NCBI GenBank assembly: GCA_964443495.1
Contig: CAYUCS010000001.1
Coordinates: 213,496 to 277,495 of the forward strand
Source of the DNA: an uncultured Gammaproteobacteria bacterium
GTDB taxonomy: Bacteria > Patescibacteriota > Patescibacteriia > Patescibacteriales > GWE2-39-37
Direction: 5' to 3'
DNA: 64,000 nucleotides
In this document: in pieces, positions 16,524 through 25,526 of the stretch
How positions within the stretch are numbered: position 1 is the stretch's first letter
Layout of the letters: every line of letters starts with the position of its first letter
Program-made: the position numbers and the translations under genes
The notes under the pieces: generated by a model
Databases searched by the model: none
What the model was told of the DNA's origin: nothing
Seen by the model: only the letters and a program-made list of their open reading frames with translations

Positions 16524-19391
16524 ATGAAGACATGGCAAAGCAAAGCGATCGTCATTTTAGCGGCTTCGTTTTTCGCCGTTAGCGTCGTTGTCCAGGCAAT
16601 TCTCAGCTTGGATAGTTTTTTCGCGTCCGAAAAAGAAGCTGGACCGGCGAAGGCGATCGATGCCGGGCAGGTGCCGATCATCTCGGTCGATTTTTCCAAG
16701 AATTCGGGCACGATCAGCGACAAGATTTTCGGCGAGGGCGTCGAGATGCCTTTTCTCGACAACATCTGGGATAAGAATGCCGGGTTCGATCAGAACACCC
16801 TGAACGTGGCCAAAGCTATCAAGTTCACCAATCTCCGTTTCGGCGGCGCCACTTGCCGCACCTACAACTGGAAGAACGAGGCTATGACCGGCTACCGCCC
16901 GTATCAGAAAGTCTATTGGGAAGGTATCGATCAGTGGTACCAATACGCCAAGCTGCTCGACTTGCCGGCGCCGACCATCTGCACCAACATCCATCTGACG
17001 CCGCAGGATTCTGCCGATTGGGTCAGGTACGCCAACATCGAGAAGAAATACGGCATTACCAACTGGGAGATGGGCAATGAGGAATATCTGGCCTACACCA
17101 GCGTCGATGATTACTTGCGCGATGCCAGGGCGCACTGCGCGGCGATGAAGGCGGTCGATGCCAGTGTCAGATGCGGCGTTGTCGGTGACGAGAAGGGGGT
17201 CAGTTGGACCAATGCCCAACTGCTGTCTAAGCTCAAGCCAGGGGAGTTCGATTTTTTCGTCGCTCACTTCTACGAGCCGGAGAGTTATTACAATTACTAT
17301 TCGCTGTACATGAACAGCGACAAATACGAAAAGAAGGTCAACTTGAAGCAGGGCAAGTACCGCTTCACTTTCTTCGCCATCGGCGACCAGGCGCCTGAAA
17401 ACTCCGACCCGGTGCCGACCATGCAGGTTTGCTTTGACAAGGATTGTTCCTGGACCGACGTTTCCAACACCGAGCGCGGCAAATGGGTCAAGTATTCGAC
17501 CAGGGAATATGAAGTGAAGGCCGGAGTCCACACCATCTCATTCAATCTGGCCGATGATTATTACGGTTGGACCAGCCGCCAGGACAAGAATATCTTTGCG
17601 GCCAACGTCACGTTGGTCAATAATTTTTCCGACGAAACCAAGCTTGATTTCGTCGATACCAAGGCCTGGACCTATTCTTTCCTTGCCTCCAACCTTTCGA
17701 CCGAGGATTCGATCAAGGGCATCAGGACCTTGATGGACAAGTACAAGGTCAGCATGCCGATCTTTATCACTGAATACGGCTGGAGCTACGGCGTCGAGGC
17801 GTATCCGAATTGGGGACAGCAATATGATTGGCGCTCGACTTTGTTCGACGTCTTGCATATCCAGTCGCTGATCAAAGAAGCCATCCCTCAGGCCAATATC
17901 TGGAAAGACCTTTCGACCGGCTATTGGAAATATTTTTCGGATGATATCAAGGGACAGAACTATTGGCCGATCTTTTCAGTCTTCAAGCTGCTTTCGGAAA
18001 AGACCGGAGACGTCTTGGTTGAAACCAAGATCGAGAACGTGCCGACGTATAACGCCCAGAAGTTCCAGACCGAAGCCCGAGAAAACATACCGTATTTATC
18101 GATAGTTTCCAGTAAGAATGGCACCAAGAACTATATCAATGTGGTCAACCGCAGCCAGGATAACGCAATCCTGGCCACGATCAGGACGAACATCGACTAT
18201 ACTTCGGTCAAAGTTTCCGAGGTCGCACCGTCATCGATGGAAGCCCATCCTTATCGCGATGACGGCTATAAAGAAAATATAACGACCCAGGACAAGACCT
18301 TGTCGGTGAGCGGAGATTTCAATTACAGTTTCAAGCCGTTCTCCGTGACGACTTTCGAATTCAATGTCACCGCCCCGCTGATTTCCGGCGGCTATCCGGC
18401 CAGCACCTTGCCCGCAACGACCGATCATGCGACTTTGCGGGTGAATACCGACAAACCAGCCAATTGCCGTTACAGCCTGAAGCCCAACGAAAGCTACGCT
18501 GCCATGGAGCAGCGTCCTTTCGTCACTGCCAACGGAGTCACGCATACCGTGACCGTGCCGGGGCTGAAGGCTGGAAAGTCATACGAATACTTCGTCAAGT
18601 GCCAGAATGGCGGCGGTGCTTCGAACCTTTCCGATTATCGCATCAGGTTCAGTGTCGCAGCCCCGGCTAATCCGACAACCTGCGTCCTGACCCCTGACGG
18701 CGGCAATCATTTCCGTGGTCGCAACGTCACGATAAATTGCGGACGTGATGTCGTCGAGGCCAGCTACCAATGGGACCAGGGGCCGGTGACGGAGTTCAGG
18801 AACAGCACTTCTACTTGGTTCGCTGCCGACAAGAAAAGAGTCTTGAATATAAAATATCGTTACAAGTCTGGCGCAAACGGCAAGCCGGCCGAGAAGACTG
18901 TGAAATTTTCCAAGACTTTCGACGCTAACCAGCGTTTCTGCAACATCTCGCCTGGCGGCGGCATCTTCAACCGCGACACCAATGTCTTTATCGAGTGCGG
19001 CAAGAATGTCAAACGGAGCACTTGGCGCTGGGGCAACGGCCAGGCTTACAATTTCAGTCCGTCAACCGACGTGAAATTCGTGGCTGACTTCTCTAAGAGC
19101 CTGAATATCTCCTTCGCTTACGATCAGGTCAACGGCAAAGGCGTCGAAGAGAAGGTAGTCAGGTTTTCTAAGAATTTCCAAGTGCCGCCATGCGTCGATT
19201 CAGATAACGGCATCAACCAATTCCAACGAGGCACGCTGCTCTACACCGGCCAGACGATCAAGCGTAATTATGCCGATGCTTGCAACGGCAGCTCGTTGAC
19301 CGAATACTACTGCGACAAGGGACTGATGGCTTATGCCATAATCAGGTGTGCCAATGGTTGCGCCAACGGCGCGTGCATTTCGAGAAGGTAG
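16524..19391 (+). CDS. Secreted clan GH-A-like glycoside hydrolase with a duplicated C-terminal beta-domain and a terminal Cys-rich module
   Basis: A signal peptide follows ATG 16524 (MKTWQSKAIVILAASFFAVSVVVQA). LRFGGATCRTYNWKNE, NWEMGNEEY (acid/base NE) and FITEYGWS (nucleophile E) fit a (beta/alpha)8 retaining hydrolase. There are two ~95-aa repeats (C.L/ISPxGG..F....V.I.CG..V....) and a terminal CVDSDNG...EYYC...C.NGC.NGAC module. Confidence 0.65.
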   Translation: MKTWQSKAIVILAASFFAVSVVVQAILSLDSFFASEKEAGPAKAIDAGQVPIISVDFSKNSGTISDKIFGEGVEMPFLDNIWDKNAGFDQNTLNVAKAIKFTNLRFGGATCRTYNWKNEAMTGYRPYQKVYWEGIDQWYQYAKLLDLPAPTICTNIHLTPQDSADWVRYANIEKKYGITNWEMGNEEYLAYTSVDDYLRDARAHCAAMKAVDASVRCGVVGDEKGVSWTNAQLLSKLKPGEFDFFVAHFYEPESYYNYYSLYMNSDKYEKKVNLKQGKYRFTFFAIGDQAPENSDPVPTMQVCFDKDCSWTDVSNTERGKWVKYSTREYEVKAGVHTISFNLADDYYGWTSRQDKNIFAANVTLVNNFSDETKLDFVDTKAWTYSFLASNLSTEDSIKGIRTLMDKYKVSMPIFITEYGWSYGVEAYPNWGQQYDWRSTLFDVLHIQSLIKEAIPQANIWKDLSTGYWKYFSDDIKGQNYWPIFSVFKLLSEKTGDVLVETKIENVPTYNAQKFQTEARENIPYLSIVSSKNGTKNYINVVNRSQDNAILATIRTNIDYTSVKVSEVAPSSMEAHPYRDDGYKENITTQDKTLSVSGDFNYSFKPFSVTTFEFNVTAPLISGGYPASTLPATTDHATLRVNTDKPANCRYSLKPNESYAAMEQRPFVTANGVTHTVTVPGLKAGKSYEYFVKCQNGGGASNLSDYRIRFSVAAPANPTTCVLTPDGGNHFRGRNVTINCGRDVVEASYQWDQGPVTEFRNSTSTWFAADKKRVLNIKYRYKSGANGKPAEKTVKFSKTFDANQRFCNISPGGGIFNRDTNVFIECGKNVKRSTWRWGNGQAYNFSPSTDVKFVADFSKSLNISFAYDQVNGKGVEEKVVRFSKNFQVPPCVDSDNGINQFQRGTLLYTGQTIKRNYADACNGSSLTEYYCDKGLMAYAIIRCANGCANGACISRR

Positions 19392-19401
19392 TTTTGATAT
19401 G

Positions 19402-19431
19402 AAAACAGCCCCTTATCGGGGCTGTTTTTTT
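19402..19431. terminator. Bidirectional rho-independent terminator (GH gene / greA)
   Basis: acagcccc/ggggctgt stem, loop ttatc, T7 run, A-run upstream. Confidence 0.75.
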
Positions 19432-19438
19432 GCGGCGA

Positions 19439-19939
19439 TTATTCGATGCGGATGATTTTATATTCGATCGTCCTGTTGGCGGTAACGACTCGTTTTATTT
19501 CGCCGATCTCGCCGCCGAGCAGGGCTCGTCCGACCGGCGAGTTGCGCGAGATGACATCTGAGAAGGGGTCGGTTTCGGAAGAGCCGAGTATCAGGAAAGT
19601 TTTTTGTTTGCCGTTGACTTCGACCGTCACCCTGCTGCCTAACTCAACCAAACCGGTTTTGGGGTTGGGCTTGATTATGATAGCTTGTTTCAAATGCTCC
19701 TCCATGTCCATGATGCGCTGGTTGATGCCGCGCAGCCGGCCCTTGGCTATGCCATAGGCGGCGTTCTCGGAAAAGTCACCCATCTCGGCCAAGCGTTTGA
19801 CTTCGGCCGCCGCTCGCGGCTGGCTGACCTTCTTGAGCCGCTCAAGCTTGGCTTTGAGCTCGTTGAACTTATCCTCGGTCATGTGGGGATCGGGTTTCAA
19901 ATGCGTGTATTTTCCAGGTTTTCTTATGGGTACTTGCAT
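19439..19939 (-). CDS. greA: Transcription elongation factor GreA
   Basis: GDFSENAAY motif in the coiled-coil domain and a C-terminal FKBP-like domain (SPVGRALLGGEIGE). Confidence 0.9.
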   Translation of the reverse strand: MQVPIRKPGKYTHLKPDPHMTEDKFNELKAKLERLKKVSQPRAAAEVKRLAEMGDFSENAAYGIAKGRLRGINQRIMDMEEHLKQAIIIKPNPKTGLVELGSRVTVEVNGKQKTFLILGSSETDPFSDVISRNSPVGRALLGGEIGEIKRVVTANRTIEYKIIRIE

Positions 19940-20071
19940 ATGCTTATTATATTACTCTGACCGGGAATGGCAAGGCAAAAGACAAATTGTTTGCATGGTT
20001 GGAAAATAAAAAAGGGAGAGGCAGAAACGTTGTTCGTTTCCGACTCTCCCTGCTATTTCGTGCAGTTGCTG

Positions 20072-21454
20072 TTAGCTGGCCATAATGGCCGATTTGATCC
20101 TTTCACCTCCTTCGGGCGTGAAGATTTCGAGGTTCATCATGGCGAAAAGCTCAGCCGGCATGTTGTTGATTATGACCATGTCGAGCGTGCCCTCCTCGCA
20201 ATGCTTGATGATGTGCTCTTCCAGTTGCCGGATGCGCTCCTCTTCGGTACCTTCCGTGATTTCGATCATGGCCGACCCCCAGCTTGAATCAGTCTTGGTC
20301 GGACTCATGCCGAGTGCTTCGCGAGCCCTCGAGGCCTTCTTGGCGGGGCAGGACGGCAGCTTGGCGCACTCAAAGCAGCCAGTAATATCCAATCCGCGGT
20401 ATTCGCCGTCATCTGCATTCATGGGGCTAAAAATGCTGGGGAGCGGACCGTCGAATCCAGGGAAATCGTCACCATCTTCGAAGCCAGGTATGATGTCACT
20501 GAGGCCGGGCTGATCTTCGAGCTCTCCGAAAACGTTGTCGAAGGCTCTTTCCAGGATATTGTGAAGCGCCACGGTGCTGATCAGGCGCCCGATCAGGTCG
20601 CCGATGGAACCGTCCCTCGAACCGCTGTCGGGATTTGCCAGCTTTTCAAGCTTGCTCCTGAGTCCGTGGCCCAGGTCGATTCCGGCTTCGGATATTCTCC
20701 GAAGAATTTGGCTGGCGACATGGCTGCCGCCGAGCTTGTGGGTGACGATGGCATCAGCAAATCTCATTGCCTGGATGCTGCTGGTCAGCTGGTTTTCATC
20801 AAGCCAGGCTGAGAGGAAGCGGTGGTGGGAGGGGATGAGCTGGAAATGCTCGGCGAAGTGGACCGCACCGTGAGGGTCGCCTTTGAGCTTGGCCACGGCC
20901 AGGCCGATGACCAGGTCCTCGGCAGCGCGCGAATCGTCCTGGTTGCGGGTGAAGTTCTCGATCCTCTCGGCTAGCAAGCCGATGCTGCCAATGCTGAGCG
21001 AAGGCCCGGTTTCGGCGGCCAGTTTCCGGCCATAGGTCGTGAGCAGGGCGCCGGTCGAGTAGCATTCGTTGGCTTCTTCGAAGTCCAGAGTGTCGTAATT
21101 GACTCCCTTGTTGAGGTTGTTGAGCAGCGTGATGATGTTCCCGAGGTCGCCGGTGCGTGCGCCATAAGCTTTGAACAAAGCGTTGCGGATGGCTGGCAGT
21201 TTGATGCCGTTCGACAGCGAGATGATGTCGTCGATGCCGGTAGCCAGTAGCAGGGCCTTGTTCACCAAGGCGTCGGTCAGCTTGCGCTGCCACAGCCGGG
21301 TGATTGACGGATGGAGCTCTCGGCTCTCGCTTAACAAGCCCTCAATCGCGCTCGGCGCGAATTTGAGGTCGCTGAAATGCGAATTGCTGATAGCTCTCTC
21401 GAAATTCCTGGTCTCCAGGTACAGCATGACGTACAACTTCAGTTTTTTTAGCAT
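20072..21454 (-). CDS. Hypothetical protein (461 aa from the SD-supported ATG), no recognisable family
   Basis: The track ORF extends to 21589, but AAAGGAGGAAGG sits immediately upstream of ATG 21454 (MLKKLKLYV...). No TM helix or signal peptide. Confidence 0.6.
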   Translation of the reverse strand: MLKKLKLYVMLYLETRNFERAISNSHFSDLKFAPSAIEGLLSESRELHPSITRLWQRKLTDALVNKALLLATGIDDIISLSNGIKLPAIRNALFKAYGARTGDLGNIITLLNNLNKGVNYDTLDFEEANECYSTGALLTTYGRKLAAETGPSLSIGSIGLLAERIENFTRNQDDSRAAEDLVIGLAVAKLKGDPHGAVHFAEHFQLIPSHHRFLSAWLDENQLTSSIQAMRFADAIVTHKLGGSHVASQILRRISEAGIDLGHGLRSKLEKLANPDSGSRDGSIGDLIGRLISTVALHNILERAFDNVFGELEDQPGLSDIIPGFEDGDDFPGFDGPLPSIFSPMNADDGEYRGLDITGCFECAKLPSCPAKKASRAREALGMSPTKTDSSWGSAMIEITEGTEEERIRQLEEHIIKHCEEGTLDMVIINNMPAELFAMMNLEIFTPEGGERIKSAIMAS

Positions 21455-21718
21455 GTCCTTCCTCCTTTGGTCTGGTTCTTGCGGTTGGGGTTGATGTCCA
21501 AGATGCAAAGCGTCAGGGTCTCGTTTGATGCGACTGCAGATTTTAAAAAAGCAATTATATAGATTGACATATTTTATACAATTTGTCAACGTTAATGGCT
21601 AGCATTCGCCAATATCGTAATCATTTTATCTAATATTAAGTAAAAAATTGGCCGTAACAAAGTCTGGCAGGGCTGGTAATATATAGGCAATGTCTAATTC
21701 TTAATTAGGGCAATTAAT

Positions 21719-23239
21719 ATGGAATATAAGTATTTTATCCGTAAAATTTACCAGCCTTCGCCCGAAGTGGTCGTCCTGGAGCTGGCCGACCAGCTTGGCC
21801 GGCCGGTTTTCGGGTACAAGCCGGGGCAATATGTCATGATCGCCTACGCCAATGAAAGGGGGTTGCTTGAACGCAAGCACGCCTTTTCATTGGCTAGTTC
21901 GCCAACCGAAACCGACCACATCAAGCTGGGCATCAAGATCGGCGGCAAATTTACGCAGGGTCTTTTGAAGCTGGAGCCAGGCAGCCAGGTTGTCGTCAAC
22001 GGGCCGTTCGGCAGCTTCGTTTTTGACGAGACCAAGCATCGGGATGCGGTTTTCTTGGCCGGCGGCATCGGCATCACGCCTTTTTACAGCGCCCTTAAGT
22101 ACGCGACTGAAAGGAATCTCGATAACAAGATGGCGCTTCTGTATAGCAATAAGACTTTGGATGGGACTTTATTTTACCGTGAAATCAAAGCGCTCGAGGA
22201 CAAGAATGAGAATTTGCGCGCGCTGTTTTCCGTGACTGACAAGAACGTCTTGCCGGTTGGCGCCAATGTGGTCAACAAGCGCCTCGATGGCGCAGTTATC
22301 AATGGATTCGTCGGCGGCCATGAGGGCAAGACCTTCTTTATCTGCGGTCCAGCCCCGTTCATGAAGGCGATGAGGTCTGATTTGCTCGGCCTGGGCGTCA
22401 AGCCGTCACAGATCGAAATGGAAGGTTTTTCTATGATGGCCGGCAGCGGCGTATTGGCCGGGACTAAGAACGTGGCTTATGCCATGGGTTTTTCCGGCGC
22501 TCTGATGCTGAGCTCGTTTTATCTGATCGCCAATCCTGGCAGCGCTCCGGCTGCGGGTAATCTAGAAAAGCTCGGCCTGGTCGATTCATTGCTGAACGAT
22601 TATTCGTCTATCGAGGCGCAGGCCGCCGGACCGCTGGCACTGTCGGAAGAATCAGGTTTTCCGGTCGCAGCCGTTTTGAATGCCGGCACAGATTCCAGCA
22701 CGGCGCCGGTTACGGAAACCGTAGCCTTGGCGTTAGCTCAGGGCAGTCAAAAAGCGGAAGCAGCAAGCGCCACCGCCCCAGTCTCGAATCAACGGCCCGC
22801 GACTGGCAAAGCGGCAGTCACCGCCGCTCCGGCACCGGTAACTCACGCATCTCCTGTCAAGGAGACGGCCGCCGCCGCGAAACCGACTGCTGCTGCGACG
22901 GCTGCAAGCAAAACTTCGACAACCGCGGCCCCGGCTCCGGTCACTTCCGCTTCAGCTCCGGCGCACACATCACCGACACCAGTGGCAACCGCTCCGACTA
23001 CCCAGGCGGCAGCCTCGGCCCCGGCTCCGGTCACTTCCGCTTCGGCTCCCGCTTCGTCCGTCACCACAGCTACCCCGAGCCAGCCAGCTGCCACAACGCC
23101 AAGCACGGCTCCGGCTCCGTCAACCTCGGCTTCGACTCCGGCTTCTGGAACAGGAACGTCCGTGTCGTCGGCCGCACCGACGACCGCCGCCCCTGCCACC
23201 GTCTCAAGGAATCGGCACGATGACGATGATGACGATTAA
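21719..23239 (+). CDS. FNR-like FAD/NAD(P)H oxidoreductase domain fused to a TM helix and a ~230-aa Ala/Pro/Thr/Ser-rich tail ending in D6
   Basis: FAD site KHAFSLAS (RxYS-type), GKFT, NAD(P) site FLAGGIGITPF, FICGPAPFM. TM segment VAYAMGFSGALMLSSFYLIA. Low-complexity tail ends ...SRNRHDDDDDD. Confidence 0.8.
   Translation: MEYKYFIRKIYQPSPEVVVLELADQLGRPVFGYKPGQYVMIAYANERGLLERKHAFSLASSPTETDHIKLGIKIGGKFTQGLLKLEPGSQVVVNGPFGSFVFDETKHRDAVFLAGGIGITPFYSALKYATERNLDNKMALLYSNKTLDGTLFYREIKALEDKNENLRALFSVTDKNVLPVGANVVNKRLDGAVINGFVGGHEGKTFFICGPAPFMKAMRSDLLGLGVKPSQIEMEGFSMMAGSGVLAGTKNVAYAMGFSGALMLSSFYLIANPGSAPAAGNLEKLGLVDSLLNDYSSIEAQAAGPLALSEESGFPVAAVLNAGTDSSTAPVTETVALALAQGSQKAEAASATAPVSNQRPATGKAAVTAAPAPVTHASPVKETAAAAKPTAAATAASKTSTTAAPAPVTSASAPAHTSPTPVATAPTTQAAASAPAPVTSASAPASSVTTATPSQPAATTPSTAPAPSTSASTPASGTGTSVSSAAPTTAAPATVSRNRHDDDDDD
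22927..23049 (+). repeat. Direct repeat (~33 bp, 90-bp period) inside the low-complexity tail
   Basis: ggccccggctccggtcacttccgcttc(a/g)gctcc occurs at 22927 and 23017 and encodes APAPVTSASAP twice. Confidence 0.7.
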
Positions 23240-23632
23240 ATGAATAAGCGTATGAAAAAAATATTCGATACACTGTTATTAGCCGTATTGATTGCCGTTT
23301 TCGGCGTCGGCGGCTATAAGCTAGGAGCCAAGAAAGAACGGGTCGAGGTAATTGCCGCCGCCCCTCTAGCAGCTTCGCCAAAGCAGGATGGCTTGCCCCA
23401 GGCTGAGCCTGCAAATCGGCAACCTGCCGCCTCAAGCACTCCAGCCGCTTCTCAAGAGGCGCCTTTCAAGCCTGCTCCTGCCGTTGCACCGAAGCCGGTC
23501 GCACAGGTGTTGGGCAATAAAGTGACTGCTAAGCCAGCATCTCCAAAGCCGGCGCCGGCCGCCCAACCATCAACCCCTGTCGTCGTGCCGCAACCTGCCG
23601 CTGAGCCGCAGCCAGCAACCAAGGTTTCCTGA
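23240..23632 (+). CDS. Membrane-anchored Pro/Ala-rich protein
   Basis: The ATG directly abuts the preceding TAA (TAAATG). N-terminal TM IFDTLLLAVLIAVFGVGGY followed by a PA-rich tail. Confidence 0.55.
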   Translation: MNKRMKKIFDTLLLAVLIAVFGVGGYKLGAKKERVEVIAAAPLAASPKQDGLPQAEPANRQPAASSTPAASQEAPFKPAPAVAPKPVAQVLGNKVTAKPASPKPAPAAQPSTPVVVPQPAAEPQPATKVS

Positions 23633-23692
23633 TGCGGTTCTTAATCAATTCCTAATTTTTCCGGGCGATAATCTGATAATCATGATATACGT

Positions 23693-24625
23693 ATGATTTG
23701 GAAAAAATTCAACGCTTTAGGAACGGAAATAGTCATCAGCGCTTCGTTGGAACCGGGGAGGGAGGACGTGCTTGATGCCGCAGAAAAGGAAATCAGCGAT
23801 TTCGAGAGGAAATTCAGCCGCTTCCTGGTCGGTAACGAGCTTTATAAGCTGAATAGCGCGCCTGGCGGCGAATTCGAGGCCAGTCCCGCCCTGGCCGACC
23901 TGTTGCGTGAAGCCAAGAAGCTGAACGCGGAAACAGGCGGGCTCTTCGACCCGACGATCATCAGCAGCTTGGAAGATGTCGGATACGATCGCAGTTTTTC
24001 CGAGGGCGCAGCTGATGAGAGTCCGATGCCGATCGACCTTGCCAGGATCAGCCAGCGTTTCGCAGAGCGCTCGAAGATGTCAGAATTGGCAATCGACGGT
24101 AATGTAATCAGTAAGCCTGCCGGATTCAGGGTCGATTTGGGCGGATTGGGAAAGGGCTATATCGTTGATCAGCTTGCCAATGGACTCTTTGCCGATGTCG
24201 AGGATTTCTGGATTTCGGCCGGAGGCGACTTGGTCATCAAGGGTAACGCCGAAGGCGGCAAGGGTTGGAAAGTCGGAGTGCAGAATCCCAACAAGCCGGA
24301 CAAGGAAATCTTTTCAGTTGTAACTAAGGGCGAAAAGGTTGGCATCGCCACCTCCGGTATTTTCAAGCGTCGAGGTGAGCGAGGCGGAGTCCAGTGGCAT
24401 CATCTGATCGATCCCCGGACCGGCTTGCCGGCCGACAATAACATCCAGGCAGTAACGGCCATTTCCAGCAGCGCGGCCAGGGCAGATGTCTTTGCTAAGA
24501 CGGTCCTGATCTTGGGAGAGGAGGAAGGGTTGCGTTTCATAGATAGCTTCCAAGATTCGGCCTGTATCATATTTTTCAAGGACCGGGGATTGAAATTCTC
24601 CGAAAGAGCATTTAATTATTTCTGA
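23693..24625 (+). CDS. apbE: FAD:protein FMN transferase (ApbE family), no obvious signal peptide
   Basis: GGLGKGYIVD, ISAGGDL, IATSG and HHLIDPRTGLPA motifs. Confidence 0.85.
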   Translation: MIWKKFNALGTEIVISASLEPGREDVLDAAEKEISDFERKFSRFLVGNELYKLNSAPGGEFEASPALADLLREAKKLNAETGGLFDPTIISSLEDVGYDRSFSEGAADESPMPIDLARISQRFAERSKMSELAIDGNVISKPAGFRVDLGGLGKGYIVDQLANGLFADVEDFWISAGGDLVIKGNAEGGKGWKVGVQNPNKPDKEIFSVVTKGEKVGIATSGIFKRRGERGGVQWHHLIDPRTGLPADNNIQAVTAISSSAARADVFAKTVLILGEEEGLRFIDSFQDSACIIFFKDRGLKFSERAFNYF

Positions 24626-24626
24626 T

Positions 24627-25364
24627 ATGTACAAGATATTCGCAACGATATTCTTCTTGATGCTAGTCGGTTCAGCCGGCTTCTTGTTCGGCTCCAAGAA
24701 CAGGGAAGTGGAGTATGTTATTCGCGGGGGCGCGGGAGCAGCCACCTCGACGGTCGTCATCAGTCAGACGAATGCGGGCGAGAGCCGCTTCTTCGGCCTG
24801 GTGCCGGCCGACAAGGTTTCCAGTATCCCGTGGTATGTTTCCCGATCGGCTGCTATCGTGGCCTACTTAGTGATGTTCCTAGTCGTCCTGTTGGGCACAG
24901 GCATGACCACCGGTTTCGCCTATCGTTTGCTTGACCCGGTAGTCGCTTGGAGTACGCATCAGTATCTGGCCATTTCCTTGGCCGTGACTTTGGCCATACA
25001 CATCATTTCCATCTATTTCGACGAATTCATCAACTTCACGGTCCGCGATTTGCTGGTGCCGTTCATATCGGACTACAAGACGGCCTACCTGTCTATGGGT
25101 ATCATCAGTTTCTATCTCCTGGTCGCAACCATATTGCTTTCGATATTCTTGAGGCTAAAGTCGCCGAAATTCTGGCGGGCTACCCACTTCCTGGTCTATC
25201 CGCTATTCGCGCTTTCATTGGCTCACGGCTTGTTTACGGGGAGCGATTCCGGCACCATCGCGATGCGCATGATTTACTGGGTGACCGGAGCCATCTTTGC
25301 CGCATTGCTGGTTTATCGCTTCGCCTTGTATCCGCTCAAGGCAAAAAACATGAGGCGCGCTTGA
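24627..25364 (+). CDS. Ferric-reductase-like transmembrane (bis-heme) domain protein
   Basis: Six predicted TM segments. There are two His pairs: H(x13)H in STHQYLAISLAVTLAIH and H(x12)H in THFLVYPLFALSLAH. The start lies 1 nt after the apbE stop. Confidence 0.75.
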   Translation: MYKIFATIFFLMLVGSAGFLFGSKNREVEYVIRGGAGAATSTVVISQTNAGESRFFGLVPADKVSSIPWYVSRSAAIVAYLVMFLVVLLGTGMTTGFAYRLLDPVVAWSTHQYLAISLAVTLAIHIISIYFDEFINFTVRDLLVPFISDYKTAYLSMGIISFYLLVATILLSIFLRLKSPKFWRATHFLVYPLFALSLAHGLFTGSDSGTIAMRMIYWVTGAIFAALLVYRFALYPLKAKNMRRA

Positions 25365-25526
25365 CATTTTGGTCAAAAAGTGCTAATTTATAAGACAATT
25401 TAGTCTTTCTTTTGGGAGGCTATTTTTGTTTTTTTGACAATCGAATGATCAATATCCTATAGGAAATCAACGCCAACCGAGACAGTTTTACCGACTGCTC
25501 ACAACCGCGAAAAGGAGGAAGCACCC

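Noticed and set aside
16557-17531. A 324-aa antisense ORF inside the glycosidase gene. The same applies to 37128..37958 (antisense to M23), 39254..40189 (antisense to the repeat protein), 44241..45224 (antisense to ABC-F), 60849..61613, 15489..16292 and 11228..11791.
   Set aside because: Each is antisense to a gene with recognisable conserved motifs, and none has independent start or SD support or any motif.
20799-21293. A 164-aa His/Arg/Pro-rich ORF in a second frame of the 20072..21454 gene, and the 5' extension of that gene to 21589.
   Set aside because: The alternative frame is low-complexity. The extension lacks an SD, whereas ATG 21454 has a near-perfect one.
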